Source of the DNA: Camelus dromedarius
Lineage: Eukaryota
DNA length: 64,000 nucleotides
Assembly (NCBI RefSeq): GCF_036321535.1
Contig: NC_087440.1
Coordinates: 61,132,001 to 61,196,000, forward strand
Reading direction: 5' to 3'
In this document: piece after piece, positions 1 through 10,643 of the stretch
Layout of the letters: every line of letters begins with the position of its first letter
Numbering within the stretch: the first letter of the stretch is position 1
Made by a program: the position numbers and the translations under genes
The notes under the pieces: model-generated
Databases searched by the model: none
Told to the model about the DNA's origin: nothing
What the model saw: the letters and a program-made list of their open reading frames with translations, nothing else

Positions 1-59
1 CAACTAGACTATCTCTGGTTGTCTAAACTATCTCTGAACTATTCAAGCTGCTCACCAAT

Positions 60-270
60 ATTTAGTTCTCTCCTTCCTGGCACACGGTGGGATTATGCTT
101 CTGATCCTGTTGAACCTAGCATGGGTATGAGACTTGCTTTGGCTATGTCAGCAGGAGTGTCACCTCCAGAAGGAAGCTTTAAGGGCCAATGCCACTTCAC
201 TGCATTAATTTCTTCCTCTGCCAAAGGGATCATCAGTGTTCTCAATGTGGCTTATCCACTAGCTTAGATC
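60..270 (+). mobile_element. MaLR MLT1-type LTR fragment
   Basis: gagacttgctttggctatgtcagcaggagtgtcacctccagaaggaagctttaagggcca resembles the recalled MLT1J-like consensus. Confidence 0.5.
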
Positions 271-713
271 CCTGAATGAAGCTGACAAAAATACACAGTA
301 CAGATACCATATGAGCAAGAAATATACAGTATTTTATTTCTTTAATCAAACTACAGTTAATTTACAATATTATACTAGTTTCATTAGTTTCAGTTGTACA
401 ACATAGTGATTCAGTATTTTTTCAGACTATACTCCATTATAGTATTATATATATTATTACAAGATAATGGCTATAACTCCCTGTGCTATATAGTATATCA
501 CTTATCTATTTTGTATTATAAATAGATGTAGCAGTTTGTATCTGTTAATCCCTACCTACCTCTAATTTGTCCATCCCCCATCCCCTCTCCCCTTTGGGAA
601 CCATGAGTTTGTCTCTGTTTTGCATGCACATTCATTTGGGTTTTTTAAGGTTCCATATATAAGTGATAATATACAATATTTGTCTTTGTCTGGCTTATTT
701 CACTAAGGGTAAT

Positions 714-890
714 NNNNNNNNNNNNNNNNNNNNNNNNNNNNNNNNNNNNNNNNNNNNNNNNNNNNNNNNNNNNNNNNNNNNNNNNNNNNNNNNNNNNNNN
801 NNNNNNNNNNNNNNNNNNNNNNNNNNNNNNNNNNNNNNNNNNNNNNNNNNNNNNNNNNNNNNNNNNNNNNNNNNNNNNNNNNNNNNNNNN
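714..890. other. Assembly gap (177 N)
   Basis: Run of N within an L1. Confidence 0.99.
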
Positions 891-962
891 GTGTCTCTCT
901 GAATTAGTCAGGGGGGTTTTAGATATATACTCAGGAGTAGAATTGCTAGATCATATGGTGAA

Positions 963-1099
963 NNNNNNNNNNNNNNNNNNNNNNNNNNNNNNNNNNNNNN
1001 NNNNNNNNNNNNNNNNNNNNNNNNNNNNNNNNNNNNNNNNNNNNNNNNNNNNNNNNNNNNNNNNNNNNNNNNNNNNNNNNNNNNNNNNNNNNNNNNNNN
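963..1099. other. Assembly gap (137 N)
   Basis: Run of N within an L1. Confidence 0.99.
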
Positions 1100-1599
1100 G
1101 ACAGCCATTCTAACAGGCATGAGGTGATACTTCACTGAAATACATCTTATTTTAAATTATTGAGCATTGGGAGTTGTTACAGAAACATAATCTAGTAGAT
1201 ACACAACAACATGACCAAATCACCATTTCTTATAGGAAAGAAATATTAGGACACTAAACACTATGGCAAATTTTACTATAATCCAACACAGAGGAAGTGT
1301 GAGGCTATATCTATTATACAGTAGCATATATGTGTGGATATATATAATATTGACAGCCACTTATTAAAACAGGCTTCTCACCCCATCCACAAAAAAATAA
1401 AAAATTAAAAAAAAAATAAACCTCCTCAAATCAATCGGATAATCTAGATAATCTGAATTCTTAAAACTTAGTGCTCAAAAATCTCAAAGAAACACACAGT
1501 TCCCCCAACAAAAAAGTACTTTACCCACTTGTCAAAATCACTTGCAGAATTCTGCTTCTTTTCTAAGACCAAGTACATTAATCAAATGCCGAGCTTCAA

Positions 1600-2910
1600 A
1601 GGGGCTTCGTTTTGAGTGAACCAGCAGACAAATAAATTAGCTGCCAATGGCTCCTTTGTAATTGAAGAGGGCCAGGCTGAGGAACAAGAGAAAACTAAAT
1701 AAAAAAACGGAACTGTTCCGGCAAAAGCAGCGTTTGGGGACCTGAAACAAACCAACACAGCCGTCCCACACACTCTCACTTCCAAGAGTAAGGGTGAGCC
1801 AAGCACATGTGTGTTTATTCGCTAATGAGAAGATGCAAGCATCCCACATCTGATTGATTTCTTATGTGCTACAACCATAAAAAGGGTTGTGTCTGGAATA
1901 CACGTTTGAGCGTTGTGCTTAAACGTGGCAGCTTACAAACTTTATCACAGATCTCATACCTATGATCTCCAAGAACCTTTCCTTCTGAAATAATGAAACT
2001 CTGGAAAGTTTTCTTCTTTACTGCCAGGACAACTTGTGTAAGGTTTCTCACTTAAGTGTGCAAAGAACTGACCATCTTTAATTTGCAGAGCTTTTAACTG
2101 GCGACTCAGCGAGGGATGATGTCATGTGTTATGCTACAGCGGCTGGTGTGGTTCTCTGTTCATTTAAACCGTTCCCTCTGTTCCTGGGGCAGAGAGTCCT
2201 CCCCAGTTTCCATCCTTTCGTCAGCTTCTTCCCAGCCAGCCACAGGCAAACAGCCTCCCAGCCGCGGATGGAACAGGAAGTCTGACAGCTTGAGTCTGCA
2301 GCGGGACCCCTAGTGTTTCCCCACTCNNNNNNNNNNNNNNNNNNNNNNNNNNNNNNNNNNNNNNNNNNNNNNNNNNNNNNNNNNNNNNNNNNNNNNNNNN
2401 NNNNNNNNNNNNNNNNNNNNNNNNNNNNNNNNNNNNNNNNNNNNNNNNNNNNNNNNNNNNNNNNNNNNNNNNNNNNNNNNNNNNNNNNNNTGAAAAAGCC
2501 CAGCTTTCCTCCATGTTAGATATGAAGTGGAAAATGGGGAAGATTTAGCAAAATTCCACTGTGTCTTCAGCCAGGCTGGGAGAACAGGAGAGCAGAGTGA
2601 AACCCTCAGGCTGTTGACACTTCTAGACGGACAGGAAGCCCCTAGAATCGGTGAAAATGAGGGTTTCTTAACTCAAACTGCTGGGGGAAAGGGACAGACC
2701 CCTTTCATCAACATCAGCGTGTTACCTTTCTTGACCAGGATGGTCAGCCAGAGGGCACATGCCAGCCACTTGGGACAAGTCTGCGCCACCCGAGGTGCCC
2801 AGAGTGAGACAGCCTGATCTCAAGCCTGCCGCTTGTGCACGGGCTCTGGGAGAAGCGGGAGAAGCAGCAGCAGCCGCGCGGTCACGGTCACGGCAGCCGG
2901 AACCGCCAGA
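1600..2910 (+). promoter_or_regulatory. RHOJ: RHOJ proximal promoter and 5' leader (TSS not determinable)
   Basis: Non-repetitive sequence upstream of the ATG. It contains a CArG box (1875-1884), ETS cores ACAGGAAGT (2273-2281) and ACAGGAAGC (2631-2639), and CpG density rises towards exon 1. Confidence 0.65.
2327..2490. other. Assembly gap (164 N) inside the RHOJ promoter
   Basis: Run of N. Confidence 0.99.
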
Positions 2911-3320
2911 ATGAACGGCAAGGAGGCAAGCGACGGCAGCTGCGGCTGCGGCGGCCGCGAGGAGAAGAAGATGCTCAAGTGCGTGGTGGTGGGGGACGGC
3001 GCCGTGGGCAAAACCTGCCTGCTCATGAGCTACGCCAACGACGCCTTCCCGGAGGAATACGTGCCCACTGTGTTCGACCACTACGCAGGTAAGGAAAGTG
3101 GAAAACCGCCCCCTGCCTCTGGGGTACCACCCTCTGGGATGAGGGGGGCGACATCCCGGCTCCAGAGGGGCTGGTTTATCTCTACCATCAGTCCTGGGTG
3201 TGGGCCTGGCAGGAGCCAGGTAGCTGGGCGTAACGTACAACCAAGGTCTTTGCTGGACTTGTTAGAACAACTCGTAGATCAATTTTATTGCAGCCGTTTT
3301 TACCCGTCGTAAATTAAATG
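2780..3320. promoter_or_regulatory. CpG-rich island over exon 1
   Basis: High GC and many CG dinucleotides against the CpG-poor background, judged by eye. Confidence 0.7.
2911..3088 (+). CDS. RHOJ: RHOJ (TCL) coding exon 1, 178 nt, ends in phase 1
   Basis: Translates [59 protein letters not shown]. It has the P-loop GDGAVGKT, switch I YVPTVFD and the RHOJ-type N-terminal extension. Donor CAG|gtaagg at 3088/3089. Confidence 0.97.
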
Positions 3321-5454
3321 AGTAACGCAGGGAAAAACCCTGAACTGCCCCCTAGGCTTTGGGGCCAGAAATTTTACTCAGCATTTGCCCGAAGATTCAT
3401 CAGCTTTTTACTGTGAACATTTTAAAATATAGTGTAACTGCATCACAATTCTTTTCTACCAAAAAAAAAAAAAAAATCCCCACTAACCACACAACTGGTG
3501 AAGGAAGTGTTCTTGCCACTTTTCACATATTCACCGTGGGCCATTTATAAATGAAATGCTGAGATTAACAACATTAGAACATTCCTTTTTCTGTGAAAAT
3601 TGGTGCTGTGCTTATACTTTCACTTTCCTGTGGAGACAGTTAGAGGGAAGAGTATTAAAAAGTTTTAAATATCTATCAGACAATCTGTATCTGGAACTAA
3701 AAATGGTATTTTTAATCAATATGTTTTTAAAGTAAAAATAAACATAAAAATAAAATTTTAGTATTTCAAAACCTGTCTCAAAAGGACAAAATATGGCACA
3801 AAGTATTTTAAGGTCTGAGAGTTAAGATACTGTAGTCACTACAGTCTTCCAGGTACATTTTTTTGAGTGTTCTAAAGTTTGTAGTGTGATAGCTTATCTA
3901 AATTTTTTGCATCTTGACTCTTCCTTTTTCTCTTAATCTACCCCCTCCCCGCAAGAAAACTTACTAAATTTCTTAGAAGTCAACTCATAAAATTCTCTGA
4001 GTTTACAATAGCCTAGATTGTATAACTTTTTTTAATACAGTGATCAACTTGATCACTATATCACAGTAAGATCAGCTTGAGTTACCAGAGATTTGAGGTT
4101 TTGTGAGAGGAAAATTTCTCGTCTTCACTTTGGCTTTAGGTCCGGCTCAGCAAAGGGGAAGCGGCCCACAGGAAACCTGTGTGCGCGCTGGCTTTGCTGT
4201 GGGGCCATTTGAAATCCTTTCTATAGGAAGTAGCTTCTTTTCCAGAACTAAACAATCACCTATGACTCCGCCTCCTACTACGCGTACATGATTTATGACA
4301 CTATTACACAGCAGACCGGGGGGAACCACAGTGAAAACAGTCTTCACTTCCCAGCAGGGTTTTCTATATTTGTGGAAATTAAGAATAAATTTGAACACTG
4401 GCTCCCTTAAGCTTTTCTGAAAATATGGTGACTATGCCCTGAGAAAAAACATCTTAATGAGAACAGAATAAAGAGAACTACAGGTAGACTTTCACCTTGA
4501 GGGAAAAAAAACTAATTATAAAATTAGGTCTGCAACTTGACCTGTAAACATCTCAGCAAAGGTTATTTTTTCTACACCCTCTTTCTGCCAGGATAGGGAA
4601 CTGGCTGGTACCTAATTTCAAAAACTTTTAGATCAAAAGTGGAACCCAAAGTCTATCAAAAGGAGAGCTTTTAAGTGCTTTTAAAAATTATATCTCCCCT
4701 CCCCATCTATTGGAGAAACTGATTACAGTATAGTGTCAGGAAGAAAGAGGCTAAAGCCATCCTTAGAGACAAAGGCAGCCTATAAGAAGATACATTAGCG
4801 ATCAAACAAAGGCTGAACCATGGCTAGAGTCCAGTAGGATCAAGCTGTTTTATATTTCAGTCGTGTACATACTTACTGTTATTTGAGCAACAAACTCTCT
4901 TAAAGATTTTGGCTACCCCATGTTTGAGCTCTCAAGAAATCTCAGCCACTGTACCCAAAGCAATACTTTGCACATAGTAGGCATTCCCAAGTGTTGTTAC
5001 TTTGGTTTATACTTTGTACCTTTGTAAGTACACAGTCATCTCATGGGCTTGCAGTTAGTTTATAAGGGAAATGAAGACACGAGCCACATACATTTAGGAG
5101 CGCAAGGAAGTGAATATATCCATTAGTAGAGGGGTCTTCTCCCACAAAGACCCTAACTCTTTCTACTACCCTCCTCCTCATACAGGAACTGATTGAACGT
5201 AAACCCTTACACAGTCACACTAGAATCTACAATTGTAAAAGAACTCATGCTCTCTTCTCCACTGTCCAGTCCCTGGGTCCTGTTGGCTCATTCTGCAACT
5301 GGTTTACTGAGTCTAGAAAACTGCAGGCAAAGAATTTTAAAAAATTCAAGTCAAAGAGAATCTCTCTGTTAAAGAAGATTTTTCCCTAATAGCCGCCCAT
5401 CCCAGGAAGGTGAAGATATAACAGTAAGAATGGAAGTCAGCATACTGTTCAAGA

Positions 5455-5680
5455 TAGTGAGCTCTGAAGCCAGACAGCCCAGTTCTAATACTGGCTCTGC
5501 CATTACTGTGTGGCCTTGAGCAAGTTACTTAACTTCTCTGTACCTCAGTTATCATGAATTTTTTAAAGAGACGATAGAGGTATTAAGATCATGAGAACAA
5601 AATAAAGTAATACATGTAGTTCTTAGAACAGAGCCTTACACATGATAAACGTTAGGTACATAGTAGCTATTATTATTAAG
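5455..5680 (+). mobile_element. MIR SINE
   Basis: MIR core gtggccttgagcaagttacttaacttctctgtacctcagtt. Confidence 0.85.
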
Positions 5681-5780
5681 AATAGGGTCTCTACACTTGC
5701 ACACAGCTAGGAAAGGGAATTAAAATTAATTAAAAGATAAAGACTACAACAAGGAAAGATAATTTCAAGAATATCTTCCG

Positions 5781-5864
5781 GTGGGGGAGGGTAACAGCTC
5801 AGTGGTAGCGTGTGTGCTTAGTGTGCAGAAGGTCCTGGGTTCAATCCCCAGTACCTCCATTAAT
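5781..5864 (+). mobile_element. tRNA-Ala-derived SINE (camelid Vic-1 type), tail lost in gap
   Basis: gtgggggagggtaacagctcagtggtag...ggtcctgggttcaatccccagtacctcc, with A-box and B-box (ggttcaatcc 5838-5847). Confidence 0.85.
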
Positions 5865-6031
5865 NNNNNNNNNNNNNNNNNNNNNNNNNNNNNNNNNNNN
5901 NNNNNNNNNNNNNNNNNNNNNNNNNNNNNNNNNNNNNNNNNNNNNNNNNNNNNNNNNNNNNNNNNNNNNNNNNNNNNNNNNNNNNNNNNNNNNNNNNNNN
6001 NNNNNNNNNNNNNNNNNNNNNNNNNNNNNNN
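5865..6031. other. Assembly gap (167 N) at a SINE tail
   Basis: Run of N. Confidence 0.99.
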
Positions 6032-6259
6032 GTAGGGTATGACAGAGTGAATGTATTGTCCCTAGAATATAGACACCGTGCTTACTGATAATTAATAAAT
6101 ATGTCCACGTGGAGCAATAATAGTGGGATATTCACTCAAGAGAGAAAGTATTAGTTTTGCATGAGTGATTGTAGAAAAATCAACAACCAAGTAGAAAAAG
6201 CTGTTTTTAAGTTCTATGAATCTTGGTTATTTTCCCTTCTTCCTACCTACCAGAATCCA

Positions 6260-7730
6260 AAATTACCTCTCCTTGATAGAGATTTCCTTGACAGAGCTTT
6301 CCTTGACTCCCCAAAGAGAATTCCTTGCTCTATCTTCAACACATCTCCAGAAATGTGCTAACACTGCTAGAACACAGCTCCCACCATTGTATGACAATTT
6401 ATTTGTTTCCTTACTTTCCCACTCCCACTGTACTGTAAGCTCCTGAAGGAAAGAGTCATGTCTTGCCAAAACTGGTGTTCAATTCTCAGTCCTCATCTTA
6501 CTTGATCTCTTGAAGGCTTTTCTTGTGGTTTATTACTCTCCTTCTTGAAACACTTGCTTAGTTCCTAGAATACCACATTCTCCCAGTTTTTATTCCCCTC
6601 TCTGGTAAATCTCTCTCCATCTCTTCCCTACCACTCTGTGTTGGCATACTTGTGTTCAGTCCCCTTCTCTAGTTATGCTCTTGCCCTGGTTGACTGCATC
6701 TACTCTCATTACTTTAAATATTATTCATACACTGATGACTCTCAAATGTATCTCTACCACAAAAAAAAGTCCTTGACCCAGACTCAAATAACCAACTGTC
6801 CATTTGGTTATCCAATAAGCATCTCAAACTTAACCTGTTCAAAACAGAATTTTTTAATTCTCCCAATCTACTCCTCCTCATTCTTTCCCATTGAAGTACA
6901 TGACCACTATCTTTTACCCAGTTGCTCAGAACAAAAATTTTGCTATTATCCTTAATTCCTTTCTTCCTTTGACAATACCTACCATCCGTCTCCATTCAAA
7001 CCACCAGTTATTATCCCTTCCTACTATCAATCAGGTCAACATTCAAAATACATCTCAAACCTGATCACTGCTCACCATCTCCACTGCTTTCACTCTTATC
7101 CAAACCACCATCATTTCTCACACAAAGTACTGGAATCACGTCCCAATTCCCTGCTTCTGGTCTTGCCTCCTGTAGTCAATTCTTCACACAGCTAACAGAG
7201 GGACTATCTATAGCCCCAAATCCACCAATCACTTCCCTTCACCCTAAGACCTCATTTATCATGGTCTACAAGGCACTCCATGACTTGGTCCCTGATATCT
7301 CTCCAACCTCATCTCCTAACACTCTGCTCTTCAGCATTTCTGCTCTAGCCACACCAGCCATCTTGATATTCCTCAAACACACCAAACTCCTTCCTTCCTT
7401 GAAGATTTTGTACTTGTTCTTCCCCCAACATGACCTTATTCCCCCAGATCCTCCTCATCTTCAATTGATCCCATTATCAAAGCATTCACACACACAAACA
7501 CAAACACACGTACACACAGAGTCACTTTCTATCCAGCTTCATCTTTTCTCATAAGATTTAACACTACTTGATGTTATATTTATTTGCTTACCGTTTTTGT
7601 CCCACACTGGAATATAAATTCCACGAGGGCAAGGACTCTGTCTTGTTCACTGCTCTATCCTCATCTCTTAACTAGAACTCAACATATAATAAACTCTCAA
7701 TAGCTAGTTATTGAATTAATTAATTCCTAT
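6260..7730 (+). mobile_element. L2 LINE fragments, including a decayed RT domain and 3' tail
   Basis: Encodes LILLDL-like and YSYTDDSQMYL (YADD-like) remnants, followed by a typical L2 3' region (agggcaaggactctgtcttgttcactgc). Confidence 0.8.
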
Positions 7731-10399
7731 GTCTTAATCATCTTAGATAAGTGCTTAGATAAGTCCTGGTCCATTAAAACTTTGGCGAATAAATGAACAA
7801 TTTGTTGGTCCAATATATGTCTCTTCAGGAAAGAACATACAAAATATTTATCAAATGTATTATATTTTTGAACTATTTTGCTCACATTTTAAATAATCAT
7901 TTTACCCCTACAGGAATTAAATTTTTTTGACCCAAGGGGCCAGCATCACATCTGTTAAATGGTGTTAACTATATAATGTAAAAATTTCATTCGGAAACAG
8001 ATGGGATGCATTCAAATTCCTCCATTTGAATTACATTCAAAAGCTTACCTAAACTTTGAGTGACCCACTCAGACATTTATAGTTCTTAATAAAGGAGCAT
8101 CTTCCAGAGTAATCCCAAGTTCAGCTAAGGGCTAGGTCTAAAACTTGGGGCCAGCAGGAAGAAGGTAGAATGGATCACTCATGCTTTTTACAAGTGTGCC
8201 TAAGAAGTATCTCTGGGCTCTGCTTCCTACTCCCTTCCAGGAATGACTCAAGAGGTCCTAACAACTTTTAGAGATTTCACATCTTACCATGGGACAATCA
8301 TATTTCTTCTCCCTTCCTGTCTTTATCTGATCTTCAGCTTTGAGTTTTACGGCAGACCTCTCACTGACAAAGTATTACCAATTAATGTTTCACATGACAG
8401 ATGACATATTCCATTTTGAATTTAGATTGTATGTTGAGTTAGATTATGCTTGTGGTTTGTACATTTATGTGCACGGCTGTGTAAAATAAGGCCATTCAGG
8501 TTGAAGCCTGTGCATGATGGACCTCATTCACCTTGTCCATCATCCTCTGTATTATAACTGGTCTTGTCTATGACTCTTTTTTCTACCCACCCTTTTAGGA
8601 AAATCCCTTATGTTTAAAAAGTTGAGTCACTATTTGCAGATCTAGGCTGCCTATGCAGGATATTAACACAATTTGTGTAAAGGGAAAAAAAATCTAGTTG
8701 CTCTATCAGCTGAGTGAGACGTAAAAGGAAGTTGTTTTCCCAGAGAGCTGAACATCGATTCTCAACTTTTTCCACCTAATTAAATGGTTATCAGTCCAAG
8801 GTAGATGCAATCAGAACCTTAATGGCCAGAGCAAGGGGAAACTATGCCCAATCAATGAGGGGAAAACTAACATAAAATAATAAAAAGTGAATAAAAACAA
8901 AACCCCAGGCCTATCAAGTGTGATGACATAGTTCTGCCCACTTGGGAATATTTACTCAGGAGCTTCTCTTTTGTTCGTTCTGAAGACACCCAAGAGTCTC
9001 TGGAGAAGGGATGAGATTCTGGGCTTCTCTGTAAGCCAAAAGCAAAACTAAAACGCCTCTCCTGGGACACTGAAATAAATCACCAGGTTTCTAACCTTAG
9101 GCAAAAATATGAAAGAAGTATGTGAAAGAGGAGACAAGAATGGGCCCGTTGAATCACTTCCTTCTAAATACCATGATGCTCAGTACCCAACGGCTTATAG
9201 GTGTTCAACCTTCCAGTGTCCTTTTCTGAGGCGGTGAGATGTGTGTGTGTGATGCTTTTTCTGGACTTTTGGAGGCCACATCAAAGATGCAGTGACAGGA
9301 ATTATAGAAACAGTCCCTTCCACAATCTCCACTGTGGTGCCTAAGAGTGTAAGCACATGCAGAGAGTGTGAATCGTGAGCTTCATCTCCCAGGAGTAACA
9401 AAGAATAGCAGAGGGAAAAAGAAAACTAAGTATCTGTGACCAGAGTGACCCCAGAAAAGTCACGCTCCCGGGATCAGAAGAAACTGCATCTGCAGTTCAT
9501 AACCCTTCTGCATTCCAGCTTCCGCTGGCGACAAACCAAGCCCTGCAGCCAATTCCGGCTTCAGTGGACAGGCTCCCTGTGACCAAGACTTTCATTCTGC
9601 AAGGCCTGGCCCCCTACACTGTCCAAGCTAGGAAATCCTTCATGCATTTTATTAGTACCTAACTGCCCAAGGAGGTTGGGCTTCAGGTAAACAGTATTGT
9701 ATTTCCAGGATAGCATTTTCAGAATCTGCCATCACTCCCTATTCTTGAGGGGCAAAGAACAAATTTAGCTCAGAGATGGCTCTGTACATTGGACATCTAT
9801 GTTTTGGGATATAGTTGGCTTGTTCTACAAAGGCAGCTTGAAGGTGGGCAACTAATGTGGACTTTGAGGAAAGGACAGGTAAGAAAACTCAACAGAAATG
9901 ACCCCCCTCACCAATCCCAAGCACAAGGTCACAGGATATACAAAGGTCCTACCCTTCATGTAAGGATACAGTTTCTGATAAGGCTGAAAATGTATTTTCC
10001 CATCAACAGAAATCCATGCCACCCCTTGGGTTAGTTAGCAGAATCTAGATAGTTAATTTTCCGGGTGTAACGCAGTCAGAATAAATCCCATCATGAATTC
10101 AATAGGTACCCACTGTGAATCATAGAGTGGCCCAATATCATTCCTGAATTCTCTGAAGTCCACCAACTTTCTGGATGTGCCCAATATTCACGAGACAAAA
10201 GGACCTGATTCATGTGTATTCATTCCACGTTTTGTCTTGGTTCACACCACAGCTTCTATTTATGGTGTCTGTCGTTCACAATCTCAGTGTGAATTTCATT
10301 ATGGCCACGTGTGATCCTACACGCAGTGTGGTTGAAACTCAAACGCCACTAGAACATGTACTCAACAACAGTAGCAATAGCTGTCCACTTACATAGTCC

Positions 10400-10575
10400 T
10401 TGCTACGATTCAGGCATATTTGACACATTTTCAGACGTAGATTCATTGCCTCCTCACAGTGTTCCTATGAGGTGTTATTATTTTCTCAATTTTTACTGAT
10501 GAGGAAACCAAGGCACAAAGTTAGTAACCAATTTGCCCGAGATTAAATAACTTGTAAGGGAGTAAGTGGAGGCCA
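10400..10575 (-). mobile_element. MIR SINE
   Basis: ttttactgatgaggaaaccaaggcacaaag...ttgcccgag. Confidence 0.7.
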
Positions 10576-10643
10576 TGAAACAGTAAATAAACAGTGTAAG
10601 CTGTGTATAGGTTTACAGCTAACAGCATTAATTGAAAAGCCAC

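Larger units (their letters stand above)
333..1136 (-). mobile_element. LINE-1 3' end and ORF2 tail, interrupted by two N-gaps
   Basis: Antisense L1 3'UTR motifs (tagtttcagttgtacaacatagtgattcag), plus agtagaattgctagatcatatgg and acagccattctaacaggcatgagg from the ORF2 end. Confidence 0.85.

Noticed and set aside
2722-3240. 172-aa antisense ORF with a poly-Ala run
   Set aside because: It is the shadow frame of GC-rich exon 1. The poly-Ala comes from the (GCA)n leader repeat, and there is no recognisable domain.
2833-3312. 159-aa ORF containing the GTPase motif, as a single-exon gene
   Set aside because: It starts at TTG and reads through the exon 1 donor. Homology stops at DHYA and resumes at 57333.
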